This document shows, piece after piece, positions 1 through 9,307 of a stretch of 64,000 bases of DNA. Under the pieces are notes generated by a model. The model was given only the letters and a program-made list of their open reading frames with translations, searched no databases and was not told where the DNA came from. A program made the position numbers and the translations under genes. The DNA comes from an uncultured Alphaproteobacteria bacterium. GTDB lineage: Bacteria; Pseudomonadota; Alphaproteobacteria; SHNJ01. Where the stretch lies: positions 47,190 through 111,189 of the forward strand of contig CAZYJI010000005.1 of NCBI GenBank assembly GCA_964647725.1, written 5' to 3'. Numbering within the stretch: the stretch's first letter is position 1; the number at the start of each line of letters is the position of its first letter.

Positions 1-260
1 TCGGCATTCGCCGCGACACCACCGCGACCTTCGCCCGCCTGACCATGACGGCCGAATATCAATTGCATGATTTAAAATTGCCCCAAGGCGCGCCGCCATT
101 GCTGAACGGCACCTTGCGCGCGGTCAACAGTTACAATATCTTGGCATCGACCTTTGCCACTTTATCAGCCGAAGAAGATGCGCGTTCCAGAGCCGCGCGC
201 CAATTGGCGCAAGATTTGAAATTGCGCCTTGGCGCGTACTTTAAGGCTAAAACGAATTAA
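1..260 (+). CDS. 3' end of an upstream gene (partial). By position in the conserved leuS-lptE-holA arrangement it may be an LptE-like lipoprotein.
   Basis: The frame is open from nt 3 to the stop at 258-260. The stop overlaps the holA ATG (taATGa), suggesting translational coupling. The product was not recognised directly. Confidence 0.3.
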   Translation, partial: GIRRDTTATFARLTMTAEYQLHDLKLPQGAPPLLNGTLRAVNSYNILASTFATLSAEEDARSRAARQLAQDLKLRLGAYFKAKTN

Positions 261-1300
261 TGAAACTCGCCTTTGCCCAAATCGATCCATTTATCGCTTC
301 CGTACCGCGTGCCTGCCGCGTGGTTTTATTTTACGGGCCGGACGAGGGCATGAACCGCATGCGCGCGCAGAGTATTATCAAACAGAAATTGGGCGCGAAG
401 CCAGATCCATTCGCCCTGATCGAATTGCAAGCATCCGAATTATCCGACGACCCAACAAGATTGCTGGATGAAATTCAAACCATGCCATTTGGCGGCGATG
501 CAAAAGTAATTTATATCCGCCAAGCCACGGACGGTTTGGCAACCGCCATCAGCCAAGCGATCGAATCATGCCCGGAATTTTCGACATTGCTGATCGAAGC
601 GGGCGAGTTAAACCCAAAATCCACCTTACGCAATTTGTGCGAGGGCGCGGATGAACGCGCCGCTGCGATTCCGGCCTATGATGATGAGGGGCGCGGTTTA
701 TCGCAATATATTCAAAGTTTCTTGAATGACGCCGGGGCAAAATTGGAATCCGGCGCGATGCAGAATCTGACATCGTTATTATCCGCCAACCGTATGGTCA
801 ATAAACAGGAACTGGAAAAATTATTATTATATATTCACCCCGGAAAAACCATCAGCAACGAGGACATCGAAAATTGCCTGGTGAACCAATCGCAAATGGA
901 ATTGGACGATGTGGTGTATGCCGCATTTTCCGGTCAGGGCAAGCAATTGGATAACGGCATCCACAAATTAAAATCCGAAGGATTATTCGGCATTCCAATC
1001 ATCCGCGCCACCGCGCGGCATGTGATGCGCCTGCATTGGGCAAGATCGATGATTCTGGCCGGCGCGCAAATGGATGACACCATCAAAATGTTGCGCCCGC
1101 CAATATTTTTCAAAAAATTGAAATCGTTCGAAGCGCAATTGCGCCTGTGGAATCCGAACACCTTATTGAAATTACTATCCCGCCTGTCGGAAACCGAAAT
1201 TCAATGCAAATCCACCGGTTACCCGGTCGATGAAATCACCGGCCAATTATTGATGGCGATTTGCGCCCAGGCCCAATCTTTGGCTAAAAAAGCAGCCTAG
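260..1300 (+). CDS. holA: DNA polymerase III delta subunit
   Basis: 346 aa. The N-terminal 'VVLFYGPDEG' clamp-loader delta-like region fits, and the gene sits in the position holA occupies beside parB in alphaproteobacteria. Confidence 0.75.
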   Translation: MKLAFAQIDPFIASVPRACRVVLFYGPDEGMNRMRAQSIIKQKLGAKPDPFALIELQASELSDDPTRLLDEIQTMPFGGDAKVIYIRQATDGLATAISQAIESCPEFSTLLIEAGELNPKSTLRNLCEGADERAAAIPAYDDEGRGLSQYIQSFLNDAGAKLESGAMQNLTSLLSANRMVNKQELEKLLLYIHPGKTISNEDIENCLVNQSQMELDDVVYAAFSGQGKQLDNGIHKLKSEGLFGIPIIRATARHVMRLHWARSMILAGAQMDDTIKMLRPPIFFKKLKSFEAQLRLWNPNTLLKLLSRLSETEIQCKSTGYPVDEITGQLLMAICAQAQSLAKKAA

Positions 1301-1373
1301 AACAAATACTTATTCCCATTTGACTTTTATAGTCTTTAAGGATACTTTCCTCTATAAATTTTAATTATAAACA

Positions 1374-2477
1374 ATGCTTTTACAGGAGCCGGTCATGATA
1401 TTTACACCCGATTTAACTTTTGGCTCGCGCCAGGATGCTTTTGAACCCGCGCCGGTTTTTTACAACGCGCGCGTAACCGGAACCAGCGTCGATAATATCG
1501 CGGGAATTAGTTTTGCCGAAGACGGCACCATTGTCATTTTACAAAAACGAACCATAGAGACACCGCAACAGCACGGGCGGCCTTTTTTAAAAGATATTGT
1601 TGCCCCAACCAAATTGACCGTATCGCCACAAGTTCTAAAAGATCATTTGCGCAACATGCGCGGTTGGGTGGAAGATTTATATACCGACGCCATCGCCCGC
1701 GCCTATAGAATTGGCACAGTTGCCGATACCATGTATGTCGGAAACACCGCCAGGAATTTTTGGCCGGAACGCGTGGATCTGGTGCGCATTCGGCAAAGCG
1801 AGGCCGATCGCGGCGGCATGGGAAGAATATTGACCGGCGCATTGGTGCGCGAACAGCCAGCAGTGCACGGAGAAATAAAAGGATCTCACCGCCCCTTCGA
1901 TCCGATCAGTGTGCTTGGCATCGGTCTTACTCCAATTGTCAACGATCTGTGCCGGCGCGGCGCGCGCGTTTTAAAAGAATCTTTTCCAGGGGTAAGAAGT
2001 ATGGGCCTTGGCCGGCATGGCCAATTTGTACAAAACACCCCGGGCGAGCAATTTAAACCGGCGCAATTGCGAATCGGCACATCGTCTTTTGCCCAGCAAT
2101 TTTGCAGCGTTGGTGGCGCTGGTGGACCGATGACCGTGATTGCCTTTTGCAGCGATACGCGATTGAACCTGCCTTCCGCCGAAATGGCGCGTGAATTCGC
2201 GGTCAGCCAACAATTATCGCCGGATAGATGTGTTGGTATCGCGGCGGATGCAAGTTTGTTCCCGGGCCTTACCCATTGCACCACCGTGCACGTGCGCGCC
2301 GGTATGGAAGAGGCGGTGAAAATGGCCCATAACGCCGGAATGTTGGCGGGAACTGATTTCGGTTATGCGGGTTTGCAAATTAGCCGATACCGGTTAGACC
2401 GGTTTAAACCGGCTGCGGCAAAAAAACCGGCACCTGGAATCGCAAGCGCGTTAAATACTGGCCGGGCAAGCAAATAA
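1374..2477 (+). CDS. hypothetical protein (367 aa), Ala/Arg/Gly-rich, no recognisable motif
   Basis: Longest ORF in the region, on the same strand as holA. The start may be the downstream Met at about 1389. Shorter ORFs in other frames overlap it. Confidence 0.4.
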   Translation: MLLQEPVMIFTPDLTFGSRQDAFEPAPVFYNARVTGTSVDNIAGISFAEDGTIVILQKRTIETPQQHGRPFLKDIVAPTKLTVSPQVLKDHLRNMRGWVEDLYTDAIARAYRIGTVADTMYVGNTARNFWPERVDLVRIRQSEADRGGMGRILTGALVREQPAVHGEIKGSHRPFDPISVLGIGLTPIVNDLCRRGARVLKESFPGVRSMGLGRHGQFVQNTPGEQFKPAQLRIGTSSFAQQFCSVGGAGGPMTVIAFCSDTRLNLPSAEMAREFAVSQQLSPDRCVGIAADASLFPGLTHCTTVHVRAGMEEAVKMAHNAGMLAGTDFGYAGLQISRYRLDRFKPAAAKKPAPGIASALNTGRASK

Positions 2478-2487
2478 GTTTCGCAGA

Positions 2488-2790
2488 ATGCACATAGAAG
2501 TAGAAACCAATAATGTAATTGGCGCGCTTGGAACGCTGGCCCAGCTTTTAATCGCCCCAGCGCAGTCGGTTATGCTGCACAAAACCTGGGGATCCGCTAG
2601 AATGACCACAGAAGAAGTTGCAGAACTTCAACAAGAAGTGGCAAGACATCGCATTATACTGGCCGAGAAAATCGGAATCCCTGATCAGAAAAGATTATCC
2701 GATGCCGAATTCATGGATGCAGCACGCCGCAAAACCGCAACGCAATGCCATATCCCTCCGGAAGAGTTGGTATTTTTACGCAGCCGATAA
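2488..2790 (+). CDS. small hypothetical protein
   Basis: A 100-aa ORF immediately follows the previous gene. The likely true start is the internal Met (MTTEEVAELQQ...). It ends 4 nt before the convergent parB stop. Confidence 0.3.
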   Translation: MHIEVETNNVIGALGTLAQLLIAPAQSVMLHKTWGSARMTTEEVAELQQEVARHRIILAEKIGIPDQKRLSDAEFMDAARRKTATQCHIPPEELVFLRSR

Positions 2791-2793
2791 TTA

Positions 2794-3723
2794 TTATTTT
2801 TTGCCCAAACGGGTGATCACATCATCCAATTGATCGAGATCCTGGTAATGAATTGTCAATTGACCCGCCTTGCCGGAAAAACGGATATCCACCCGCATGC
2901 CCAGCAATTGCGATAATTGTTTTTCAAGCGCGCGCGTATCGGCATCGGGACCGCTGGTATTGGCGGCCGATTGATTGTTGTTCGATGCGGCGGCAAAGGC
3001 CGGGCGCACCGCGATATTGGCCAAACGGCCCGGTTTTTTGATCAAATGCCCATCGGCCAGTTTTTCGGTTTCGCGAACATTCAAATTTTTGGCGATAATT
3101 TCTTTGGCCAGCGCGGCGGGATCGGTGACCCCGATCAATAATTTGGCGTGGCCCACGGTCAATTGGCCCGAACGCACATAATCGCGCACGGTTTTCGGCA
3201 AATCCAATAAACGCATAATATTGGCCACATGGCTGCGCGATTTTCCGACACCCTTGGCGACGTCTTCCTGGGTTTGATTGAATTCTTGGGTCAGGCGGTG
3301 ATACGCCTCGGCTTCTTCGATCGGATTCAAATCTTGGCGTTGCAAATTTTCGATCAGCGCGATTTGCATTGCGTCGCGATCGGTCAAATCCTTGATCAAT
3401 ACCGGCACATCGTGCAATTGCGCGATTTGCGCGGCGCGCCAGCGCCGTTCGCCGGCGATCAATTCATAGCCGCCATTGTTTTCCGGATCTTTGCGCACCA
3501 CGATTGGTTGCAAAATGCCTTTCGATTTGATCGATTCGGCCAATTGATTCAGCGCGTCTTGATCGAAATCGCGGCGCGGTTGATATTTGCCCGGGCGAAT
3601 TTGCCCGATAGCAATGGTTTTAATACCGCTGCGCAATTTATCCAATTGCGCGTAATCGCCCGTTTCATCGCCGAGCAACGATGCCAAACCCCGTCCCAAA
3701 CCTTTTCTTGCTTCTGCGTTCAT
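2794..3723 (-). CDS. parB: chromosome partitioning protein ParB
   Basis: The N-terminal 'GLGRGLASLLG' motif, the ParB/Sulfiredoxin box 'IAGERRWRAA' and an HTH are present. The gene is adjacent to parA. Confidence 0.92.
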   Translation of the reverse strand: MNAEARKGLGRGLASLLGDETGDYAQLDKLRSGIKTIAIGQIRPGKYQPRRDFDQDALNQLAESIKSKGILQPIVVRKDPENNGGYELIAGERRWRAAQIAQLHDVPVLIKDLTDRDAMQIALIENLQRQDLNPIEEAEAYHRLTQEFNQTQEDVAKGVGKSRSHVANIMRLLDLPKTVRDYVRSGQLTVGHAKLLIGVTDPAALAKEIIAKNLNVRETEKLADGHLIKKPGRLANIAVRPAFAAASNNNQSAANTSGPDADTRALEKQLSQLLGMRVDIRFSGKAGQLTIHYQDLDQLDDVITRLGKK

Positions 3724-3740
3724 TTCAAACTCCGTCTTTA

Positions 3741-4604
3741 TTATGCTGCTTTATATGTTCCGATGCGTTGCGATAACATCGCTTCGCGTTTCAATACTTC
3801 GCTGGCCAAATGCATGTAAGCGACCGATCCCGGGCATTTGTGATCGTATAACAATACCGGTTTGCCGTGGCTTGGCGCCTCGGAAACGCGCACGTTGCGC
3901 GGGATGATGGTTTGATACACTTTTTCGCCGAAAAATGTGCGCACATCAGCTTCGACATTGGCCGATAAATTATTGCGTTTGTCGTACATGGTTAAAACTA
4001 CGCCTTGAATTTCCAAACTTGGATTCAATTTCGCGGTAATGCGTTCCACCGTGCGAATCAATTGCGATAAACCCTCTAACGCAAAGAATTCACATTGCAA
4101 TGGAACCAGCAACGCGTTTGCCGCAACCAAGGCATTTAATGTGATTAATCCCAGCGAAGGCGGGCAATCGATAATAATAAAATCGAATGTCGATGGGGAA
4201 GGCGAGGCCACATCATCATTGGCCGCGCCGGATTCATTGGCGCGCCAGGAAAGACCGCGCGCTTTTTGCATGGCGTCGCGCAATTTGAATTCGCGACCAG
4301 GCAAATCGACCAGTTCAATTTCCGCGCCCGCCAAATCCGGCGTTGCCGGAACAACGCACAAATTTTTAATGCTGGTTTCTTGAATCGCGCCTGCCAAATC
4401 GGCGCGGCCCAATAATACTTCGTACGATCCGACGGCGCGTTGATTTTTATTCAAACCAAGGCCGGTCGACGCGTTGCCCTGGGGATCCAAATCGATCACC
4501 AATACGCGCCGCCCAACCGCGGCCATGCAAGTTGCCAAATTGATGGCAGTGGTGGTTTTGCCAACGCCGCCTTTTTGATTCGCGATACAGATTATACGAG
4601 TCAT
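3741..4604 (-). CDS. parA: chromosome partitioning ATPase ParA/Soj
   Basis: Deviant Walker A 'ANQKGGVGKTTTAINLA' is present and the gene lies upstream of parB. Confidence 0.92.
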   Translation of the reverse strand: MTRIICIANQKGGVGKTTTAINLATCMAAVGRRVLVIDLDPQGNASTGLGLNKNQRAVGSYEVLLGRADLAGAIQETSIKNLCVVPATPDLAGAEIELVDLPGREFKLRDAMQKARGLSWRANESGAANDDVASPSPSTFDFIIIDCPPSLGLITLNALVAANALLVPLQCEFFALEGLSQLIRTVERITAKLNPSLEIQGVVLTMYDKRNNLSANVEADVRTFFGEKVYQTIIPRNVRVSEAPSHGKPVLLYDHKCPGSVAYMHLASEVLKREAMLSQRIGTYKAA

Positions 4605-4618
4605 TCCTTATTCCTTTC

Positions 4619-4670
4619 TACCCTCCCCTTGAGGGAGGGTCAAAGTTGCAACAGCAACTTTGGGGTGGGG
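4619..4670 (-). repeat. REP-like double-hairpin repeat, copy A (minus orientation)
   Basis: The reverse complement reads CCCCACCCCAAA-[gttgctgttgcaac]-TTTGACCCTCCCTCAAGGGGAGGGTA. This matches the elements at 5047-5096 and 31868-31915. Confidence 0.85.
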
Positions 4671-4671
4671 T

Positions 4672-5043
4672 TTATAATATTCCCACCGCTTTTTTAATAT
4701 CTATTAATACACCTTCTATATTTTTCTTCACATCTTCATCAGTAAATCGAATTACCGTAAATCCAAGATCCACTAATAATTTTTCTTTTCTAACGTCGTT
4801 TTCACAGATAATTGAAAAATTATGAGAAACCCCATCCAATTCAATAACCAATTTTTTATCAGCACAATAAAAATCCGCTATATATTTATGAATCGGTTGC
4901 TGTCTACGAAATTTTAATCCTGCTAATTTTTTTCCTCTCAATTCTTCCCATAAAATTATTTCTGCGGGTGTCATGTCGTTTCTTAAATTTCTTCCGCGTT
5001 CTTTCATCCATTCGCTAACTTTTCTTCCGGATAATTTCATCAT
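4672..5043 (-). CDS. DUF559 endonuclease-domain protein (Vsr/restriction-endonuclease-like fold)
   Basis: 123 aa with 'DFYCADKKLVIELDG...H' and 'GFTVIRFTDEDV', typical of DUF559. Inverted copies of the repeat element precisely flank the gene. Confidence 0.75.
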   Translation of the reverse strand: MMKLSGRKVSEWMKERGRNLRNDMTPAEIILWEELRGKKLAGLKFRRQQPIHKYIADFYCADKKLVIELDGVSHNFSIICENDVRKEKLLVDLGFTVIRFTDEDVKKNIEGVLIDIKKAVGIL

Positions 5044-5046
5044 TTA

Positions 5047-5096
5047 CCCCACCCCAAAATCGCAAGCGATTTTGACCCTCCCTCAAGGGGAGGGTA
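5047..5096 (+). repeat. REP-like double-hairpin repeat, copy B
   Basis: CCCCACCCCAAA-[atcgcaagcgat]-TTTGACCCTCCCTCAAGGGGAGGGTA. It is inverted relative to copy A. Confidence 0.85.
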
Positions 5097-5102
5097 TTAA
5101 GG

Positions 5103-6080
5103 TTAATTGATCAACGGTTTTTTGGTTACATCTGGAACTTGATATGGCCGCGTCACGCGGTAAAACGCCTGCTGATTCGGATCGTACTTATCCAATAATG
5201 CGTTCATGAATCCACTGTTAGCCAGATTTTGGCTGGCGGTGTTCAGCATATTGGTTAAACGGAATTCATTGGCGCCAACGCTGATATTCGCTGGAATCAC
5301 CTGAACCGGCATATGGGTGATCGCTTTGAATTTGCCCGGGTTTTGCGCCATGTAATCTTTGGCAACCGCCAGATTCAAAAACGCCACATCGGCGCGGCCG
5401 GATTCTATTTCGGTAAATTGCCGTTCGATTTCATTGCCCGATTTTGGCAGATTGACCATAAAGGCGCTGGAATAATTGCTGCGCAAAATGCTTTGCGATA
5501 AATCGCCATCGATCGTCACAACGCGAATCATCGGATCGTTGATGAACGCCAATGATTGATCGAAACGGCAATCGCCATCGCGCACCACCGCGACAACCGG
5601 GAAATAAAACATTGGCACGGTATATTCGGCCGATTTGCCGATTTCCGCAGTCTGCCAGCCGCCGGTGCATTCCAAATCATATTGTCCGGAATTCATATCG
5701 GTTGGATAGGCGGATGCATTTAATTCTTGGGTCCATTCGACGCGCATATCCAATGAACGCGCGAGTTCATTCATATATTCATACCAAACGCCGGAAACAA
5801 CGCCGGTATTCGGATCGCGCGACAACATCGGCGCCCAGTTGACATAGGCGCAACGCATTATGCGGGTTTGCATCACGCGGTTAAAAGCGACATTCTGCGC
5901 CGTTCCTGGAATCGCCATGCCGCTGCCGTCTTGCATCGCGTAATTTTGCGCGCCCATGCCCGGCGCCATGGCCATGCCGCGCACGCCGTTTAATTTATGG
6001 AACAAGAAATACGCCGCGATAGTCACAACCAGCGCGATTATGAATACCTGCGCATAAAAACTGAATTTGGATTTTGGCAT
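5103..6080 (-). CDS. periplasmic substrate-binding protein, amino-acid ABC transporter type (family 3 SBP), membrane-anchored
   Basis: 325 aa with an N-terminal TM/signal anchor. SBP_bac_3-like motifs are present ('GRADVAF', 'RPYQ'). Confidence 0.65.
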   Translation of the reverse strand: MPKSKFSFYAQVFIIALVVTIAAYFLFHKLNGVRGMAMAPGMGAQNYAMQDGSGMAIPGTAQNVAFNRVMQTRIMRCAYVNWAPMLSRDPNTGVVSGVWYEYMNELARSLDMRVEWTQELNASAYPTDMNSGQYDLECTGGWQTAEIGKSAEYTVPMFYFPVVAVVRDGDCRFDQSLAFINDPMIRVVTIDGDLSQSILRSNYSSAFMVNLPKSGNEIERQFTEIESGRADVAFLNLAVAKDYMAQNPGKFKAITHMPVQVIPANISVGANEFRLTNMLNTASQNLANSGFMNALLDKYDPNQQAFYRVTRPYQVPDVTKKPLIN

Positions 6081-6091
6081 GTCTGCTCTCC

Positions 6092-6535
6092 TTAGTTATT
6101 TTGTATCGTTGAAGCTTGATATGGTTTCGCGGGACGCAAAAATGTTCCGGGAATTTTTTCATGCGCGGCGATGAATTTATTCATCGTGCCGTCATTGGCC
6201 ATTTCTTCGAAAACGGTGTTGATTGCGGATGCCAAACCAGTATCGCCTTTTTTAAACGCGAAACCGTGCGAAAATAAACGCACCGGCGCATTGACGGTGA
6301 TATCGCGCAATCTTCCAGGATTGGCCAACAAATACGGGGCGGCAACGGCGGCGTTATTGATCGCCACATCGGCCTTTCCGGTTTCCACGGCCAACATTAA
6401 TTGGGTGATATCGGTATTTTGCGGCATGGAATAGGTTTTGGCTTTGGGGTAATCGTCGCGTGCGATAAATTGGCTCATCTCCGCATCGACGGTGGCGATG
6501 ATGGAAATCAAAATTGTTTTTGTGGTTTGGGTCAT
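6092..6535 (-). pseudogene. truncated paralog (C-terminal lobe only) of the adjacent substrate-binding protein
   Basis: 147 aa. 'GKADVAINNAAVAAPYLLANPGRLRDIT...KPYQ' aligns with 'GRADVAFLNLAVAKDYMAQNPGKFKAIT...RPYQ' of 5103-6080. There is no N-terminal lobe or signal peptide, and the start overlaps the rsmG stop. Confidence 0.5.
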
Positions 6536-7164
6536 GGAATATTCCGCTTAATATTTTTTATTTGCAGCACGCGCGAATTTTTATCAGTGACCGATTCATG
6601 CGCGGTGCAATCAAATGAAAATTCTTTTTTCGCTTCTTCTATTTCTTGGCTTGAATGCTCGCCTTTTAAAAACAAACACTCGCCGCCGGGCAGCAATTTA
6701 TCCTGACTGATTATCAATAATTTATTCAAAGAAGAAAGAGCCCTTGCGGTTACAATGTTTCCTTTAGATAAATTATCTTCAATGCGTTCCGCATGAACTT
6801 GAACACGGGTATTTGTTTCGCGGGCGACTTCGTTTAGAAATGTGCACTTCCGTTGATCGGACTCGATCAAGTGTACTTCCCGAAATCCCATCATTGCCAA
6901 AACCATACCTGGAAACCCTGCCCCCGAACCTAGGTCTATGAGTATTTTGTCGGGTGCATGGTCAACATACCTATACAACTGGAGCGAATCAAGCAAATGA
7001 CGCTGCCAAAAATCATCCAAAGTGGATTTAGCCACAAGATTTATTTTGGGATTCCATTTTTTGAGTAATTCAAAATAAGTAACAAAGTTACAAATTGTTC
7101 CACGTGGAACAATTTGAATTTTTGTTATCTCATTCATTATTCTTTCTGGAATATTATTTTCCAA
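6532..7164 (-). CDS. rsmG: 16S rRNA (guanine527-N7)-methyltransferase RsmG (GidB)
   Basis: 'LLKKWNPKINLVA', 'RHLLDSL' and a 'DLGSGAGFPG' SAM motif are present. The probable true start is the ATG at 7137. Confidence 0.88.
   Translation of the reverse strand: MENNIPERIMNEITKIQIVPRGTICNFVTYFELLKKWNPKINLVAKSTLDDFWQRHLLDSLQLYRYVDHAPDKILIDLGSGAGFPGMVLAMMGFREVHLIESDQRKCTFLNEVARETNTRVQVHAERIEDNLSKGNIVTARALSSLNKLLIISQDKLLPGGECLFLKGEHSSQEIEEAKKEFSFDCTAHESVTDKNSRVLQIKNIKRNIP
7091..7116. repeat. 26-bp perfect palindrome CAAATTGTTCCACGTGGAACAATTTG, copy 1, inside the 5' end of rsmG coding
   Basis: Read directly from the sequence. It is identical to the core at 9179-9202. Confidence 0.9.
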
Positions 7165-7184
7165 AATTCATCTCTGTTTTTGAT

Positions 7185-9137
7185 TTAGGCCACTTCACTT
7201 GTCGTTTGCGATTTTTGGCGCTGCTGTTTTTTCAAATAACGAAGCAAATTGACGATCGATGCTGGCGTAATACCGGAAATTTTGCTGGCCGCCGCGATAT
7301 TTACCGGCCGCACCTTGGAAAGTTTGGCAATCAGTTCCGCCGACAATCCACCAACCGCCGAATAATCCAGGTCCACCGGCAGTTTTAGATTCTCATCCCG
7401 CTGTGTCGAGCGAATATCTGCCTCTTGCCGGTCAATATAGCCGCTATATAAAGCCTCAATCGCGATTTGTTCGCGGATTGGCGAGGCGATTTGTGATAAT
7501 TCTGGCCAAATTTCTTGCAGCTTCTCAAAACCGATCTCTTTATACCGCAGCAAATCAAAGGCACTGCGGCGAATACCGTCACGGTTGATTTGAACACCAA
7601 AATTTTCCAATTGATTGGGCGTAATTTGTAGGCCCTGCATTTTGGCCTTACCACTATTCAAATCATTGATTTTATTATTGAAAGTATCCTGGCGGATGGT
7701 GCTGACGCAGCCAATTTTTATGCCGCTTGGAGTCAATCTTTGATCGGCATTGTCAGCCCGCAAAGACAGGCGATATTCCGCCCGGCTAGTGAACATCCGA
7801 TATGGCTCCGTCACCCCGCGCGTGGTGAGATCGTCGATCATCACGCCGATATAAGATCCGGTGCGGGATAAAATAAATTCTTCCGACGCAGCAGCAGCTA
7901 GCCCGGCATTGATCCCGGCGATAATTCCTTGCGCCCCCGCCTCTTCATAGCCGGTGGTGCCGTTGATTTGCCCAGCCAAAAATAATCCCGGCACTTTTTT
8001 GGTTTGCAGAGTCGGATAAAGTTCGCGCGGATCGATGTAATCATATTCAATGGCATAGCCATAACGTTTGACCAAAACATTACCTAATCCTTTGATGCTA
8101 CGCAAAAATTTGTCCTGCACATCGACCGGTAAAGAGGTTGAAATGCCATTTGGATAAATCGTATCATCATCCAGCCCTTCCGGTTCCAGGAAAATCTGGT
8201 GATGAGATTTATCGGCAAAACGCACAATTTTATCTTCGATCGATGGGCAATAACGGGGACCAGTCGTTTCAATCTGCCCAGAATACATTGGTGAGCGATG
8301 CAAATTATCGCGGATCACCTGGTGGGTTTCCGCCGTAGTATGGGTGATATGGCAAGGGATCTGCGGTGTGGTGATTTCGGTATTTAAAAATGAAAATGGT
8401 GTTGGTGGATTATCGCCCGGCTGCTGTTCGGTGACAGACCAATCGATGGATTTGCCATCGAGTCGCGCCGGCGTTCCGGTTTTCAGCCTTCCGATCGTAA
8501 AACCTAGGTTTTGCAAGGTTTCGCCGAGCCTGATCGCGGGCTTTTCCCCTATTCTGCCAGCCGGAGTTTTGGTTTCGCCTTGATGAATCAAACCGCGTAA
8601 AAATGTGCCGGTGGTAATGACCAAGGCGCCGCAAGAAATCACGGCACCGGAATCAATTTCAATTCCCGATACGCGGCCAGAAGAATCCAGAATAATATCT
8701 TCCACTTGCGCTGGAATAATGGTCAGGTTCGGATAGTTCAGTAGAATATTCTGCATCGCCTGGCGATATAGTTTGCGGTCAGCTTGCGCGCGCGGACCCC
8801 AAACGGCCGGGCCTTTGGATTTATTCAGCATTCGGAATTGAATTCCGGCGGCATCGGCGCATAAGCCCATCACCCCGTCCAACGCATCGATTTCCCGAAC
8901 CAAATGTCCTTTGCCCAAACCGCCGAACGCCGGATTGCAAGACATCTCCCCCAGCGTTTCGATTTTATGGGTCACCAAAGCCGCTTTAGCCCCAAGCCGC
9001 GACGATGCCGTCGCGGCCTCTGCACCAGCATGTCCGCCACCCACAACGATGACATCGAATTTTTGGGGATATCCTGAATTTTGCATGTCTTTTCTTATAG
9101 TTAGATCGATTTTAAAGTCAATAGTCTTTCCCAGCAT
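7185..9137 (-). CDS. mnmG: tRNA uridine-5-carboxymethylaminomethyl(34) synthesis enzyme MnmG (GidA)
   Basis: '[16 protein letters not shown]' FAD motif is present and the length is about 630 aa. The probable real start is Met18 at about 9086. Confidence 0.95.
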   Translation of the reverse strand: MLGKTIDFKIDLTIRKDMQNSGYPQKFDVIVVGGGHAGAEAATASSRLGAKAALVTHKIETLGEMSCNPAFGGLGKGHLVREIDALDGVMGLCADAAGIQFRMLNKSKGPAVWGPRAQADRKLYRQAMQNILLNYPNLTIIPAQVEDIILDSSGRVSGIEIDSGAVISCGALVITTGTFLRGLIHQGETKTPAGRIGEKPAIRLGETLQNLGFTIGRLKTGTPARLDGKSIDWSVTEQQPGDNPPTPFSFLNTEITTPQIPCHITHTTAETHQVIRDNLHRSPMYSGQIETTGPRYCPSIEDKIVRFADKSHHQIFLEPEGLDDDTIYPNGISTSLPVDVQDKFLRSIKGLGNVLVKRYGYAIEYDYIDPRELYPTLQTKKVPGLFLAGQINGTTGYEEAGAQGIIAGINAGLAAAASEEFILSRTGSYIGVMIDDLTTRGVTEPYRMFTSRAEYRLSLRADNADQRLTPSGIKIGCVSTIRQDTFNNKINDLNSGKAKMQGLQITPNQLENFGVQINRDGIRRSAFDLLRYKEIGFEKLQEIWPELSQIASPIREQIAIEALYSGYIDRQEADIRSTQRDENLKLPVDLDYSAVGGLSAELIAKLSKVRPVNIAAASKISGITPASIVNLLRYLKKQQRQKSQTTSEVA

Positions 9138-9178
9138 CTTCCTAAGATATTGATTTTAAATAAAAGTAATTTTATTCC

Positions 9179-9202
9179 AAATTGTTCCACGTGGAACAAT
9201 TT
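9179..9202. repeat. 24-bp perfect palindrome AAATTGTTCCACGTGGAACAATTT, copy 2, in the AT-rich mnmG upstream/divergent intergenic region
   Basis: Read directly from the sequence. It lies roughly 40-90 bp upstream of the mnmG start and about 105 bp upstream of the divergent 9308 gene. Confidence 0.9.
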
Positions 9203-9307
9203 ATAATATAATTCCTAATTAATTATATTTATTATACTAATATTATTATTTATCTAATAAAGATACAATTATTGCCTTATCGGTAATTTTGTAATATATT
9301 ACGCGGC

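Noticed and set aside
7091-7116. Interpreting the TGGAAC...TTG part of the palindrome as a sigma-54 promoter, an alphaproteobacterial LexA box (GTTC-N7-GTTC) or an FNR box
   Set aside because: Spacing and conserved GG/GC dinucleotides do not fit sigma-54. The LexA box in this class is a direct repeat, not an inverted one. FNR half-sites (TTGAT) are absent.
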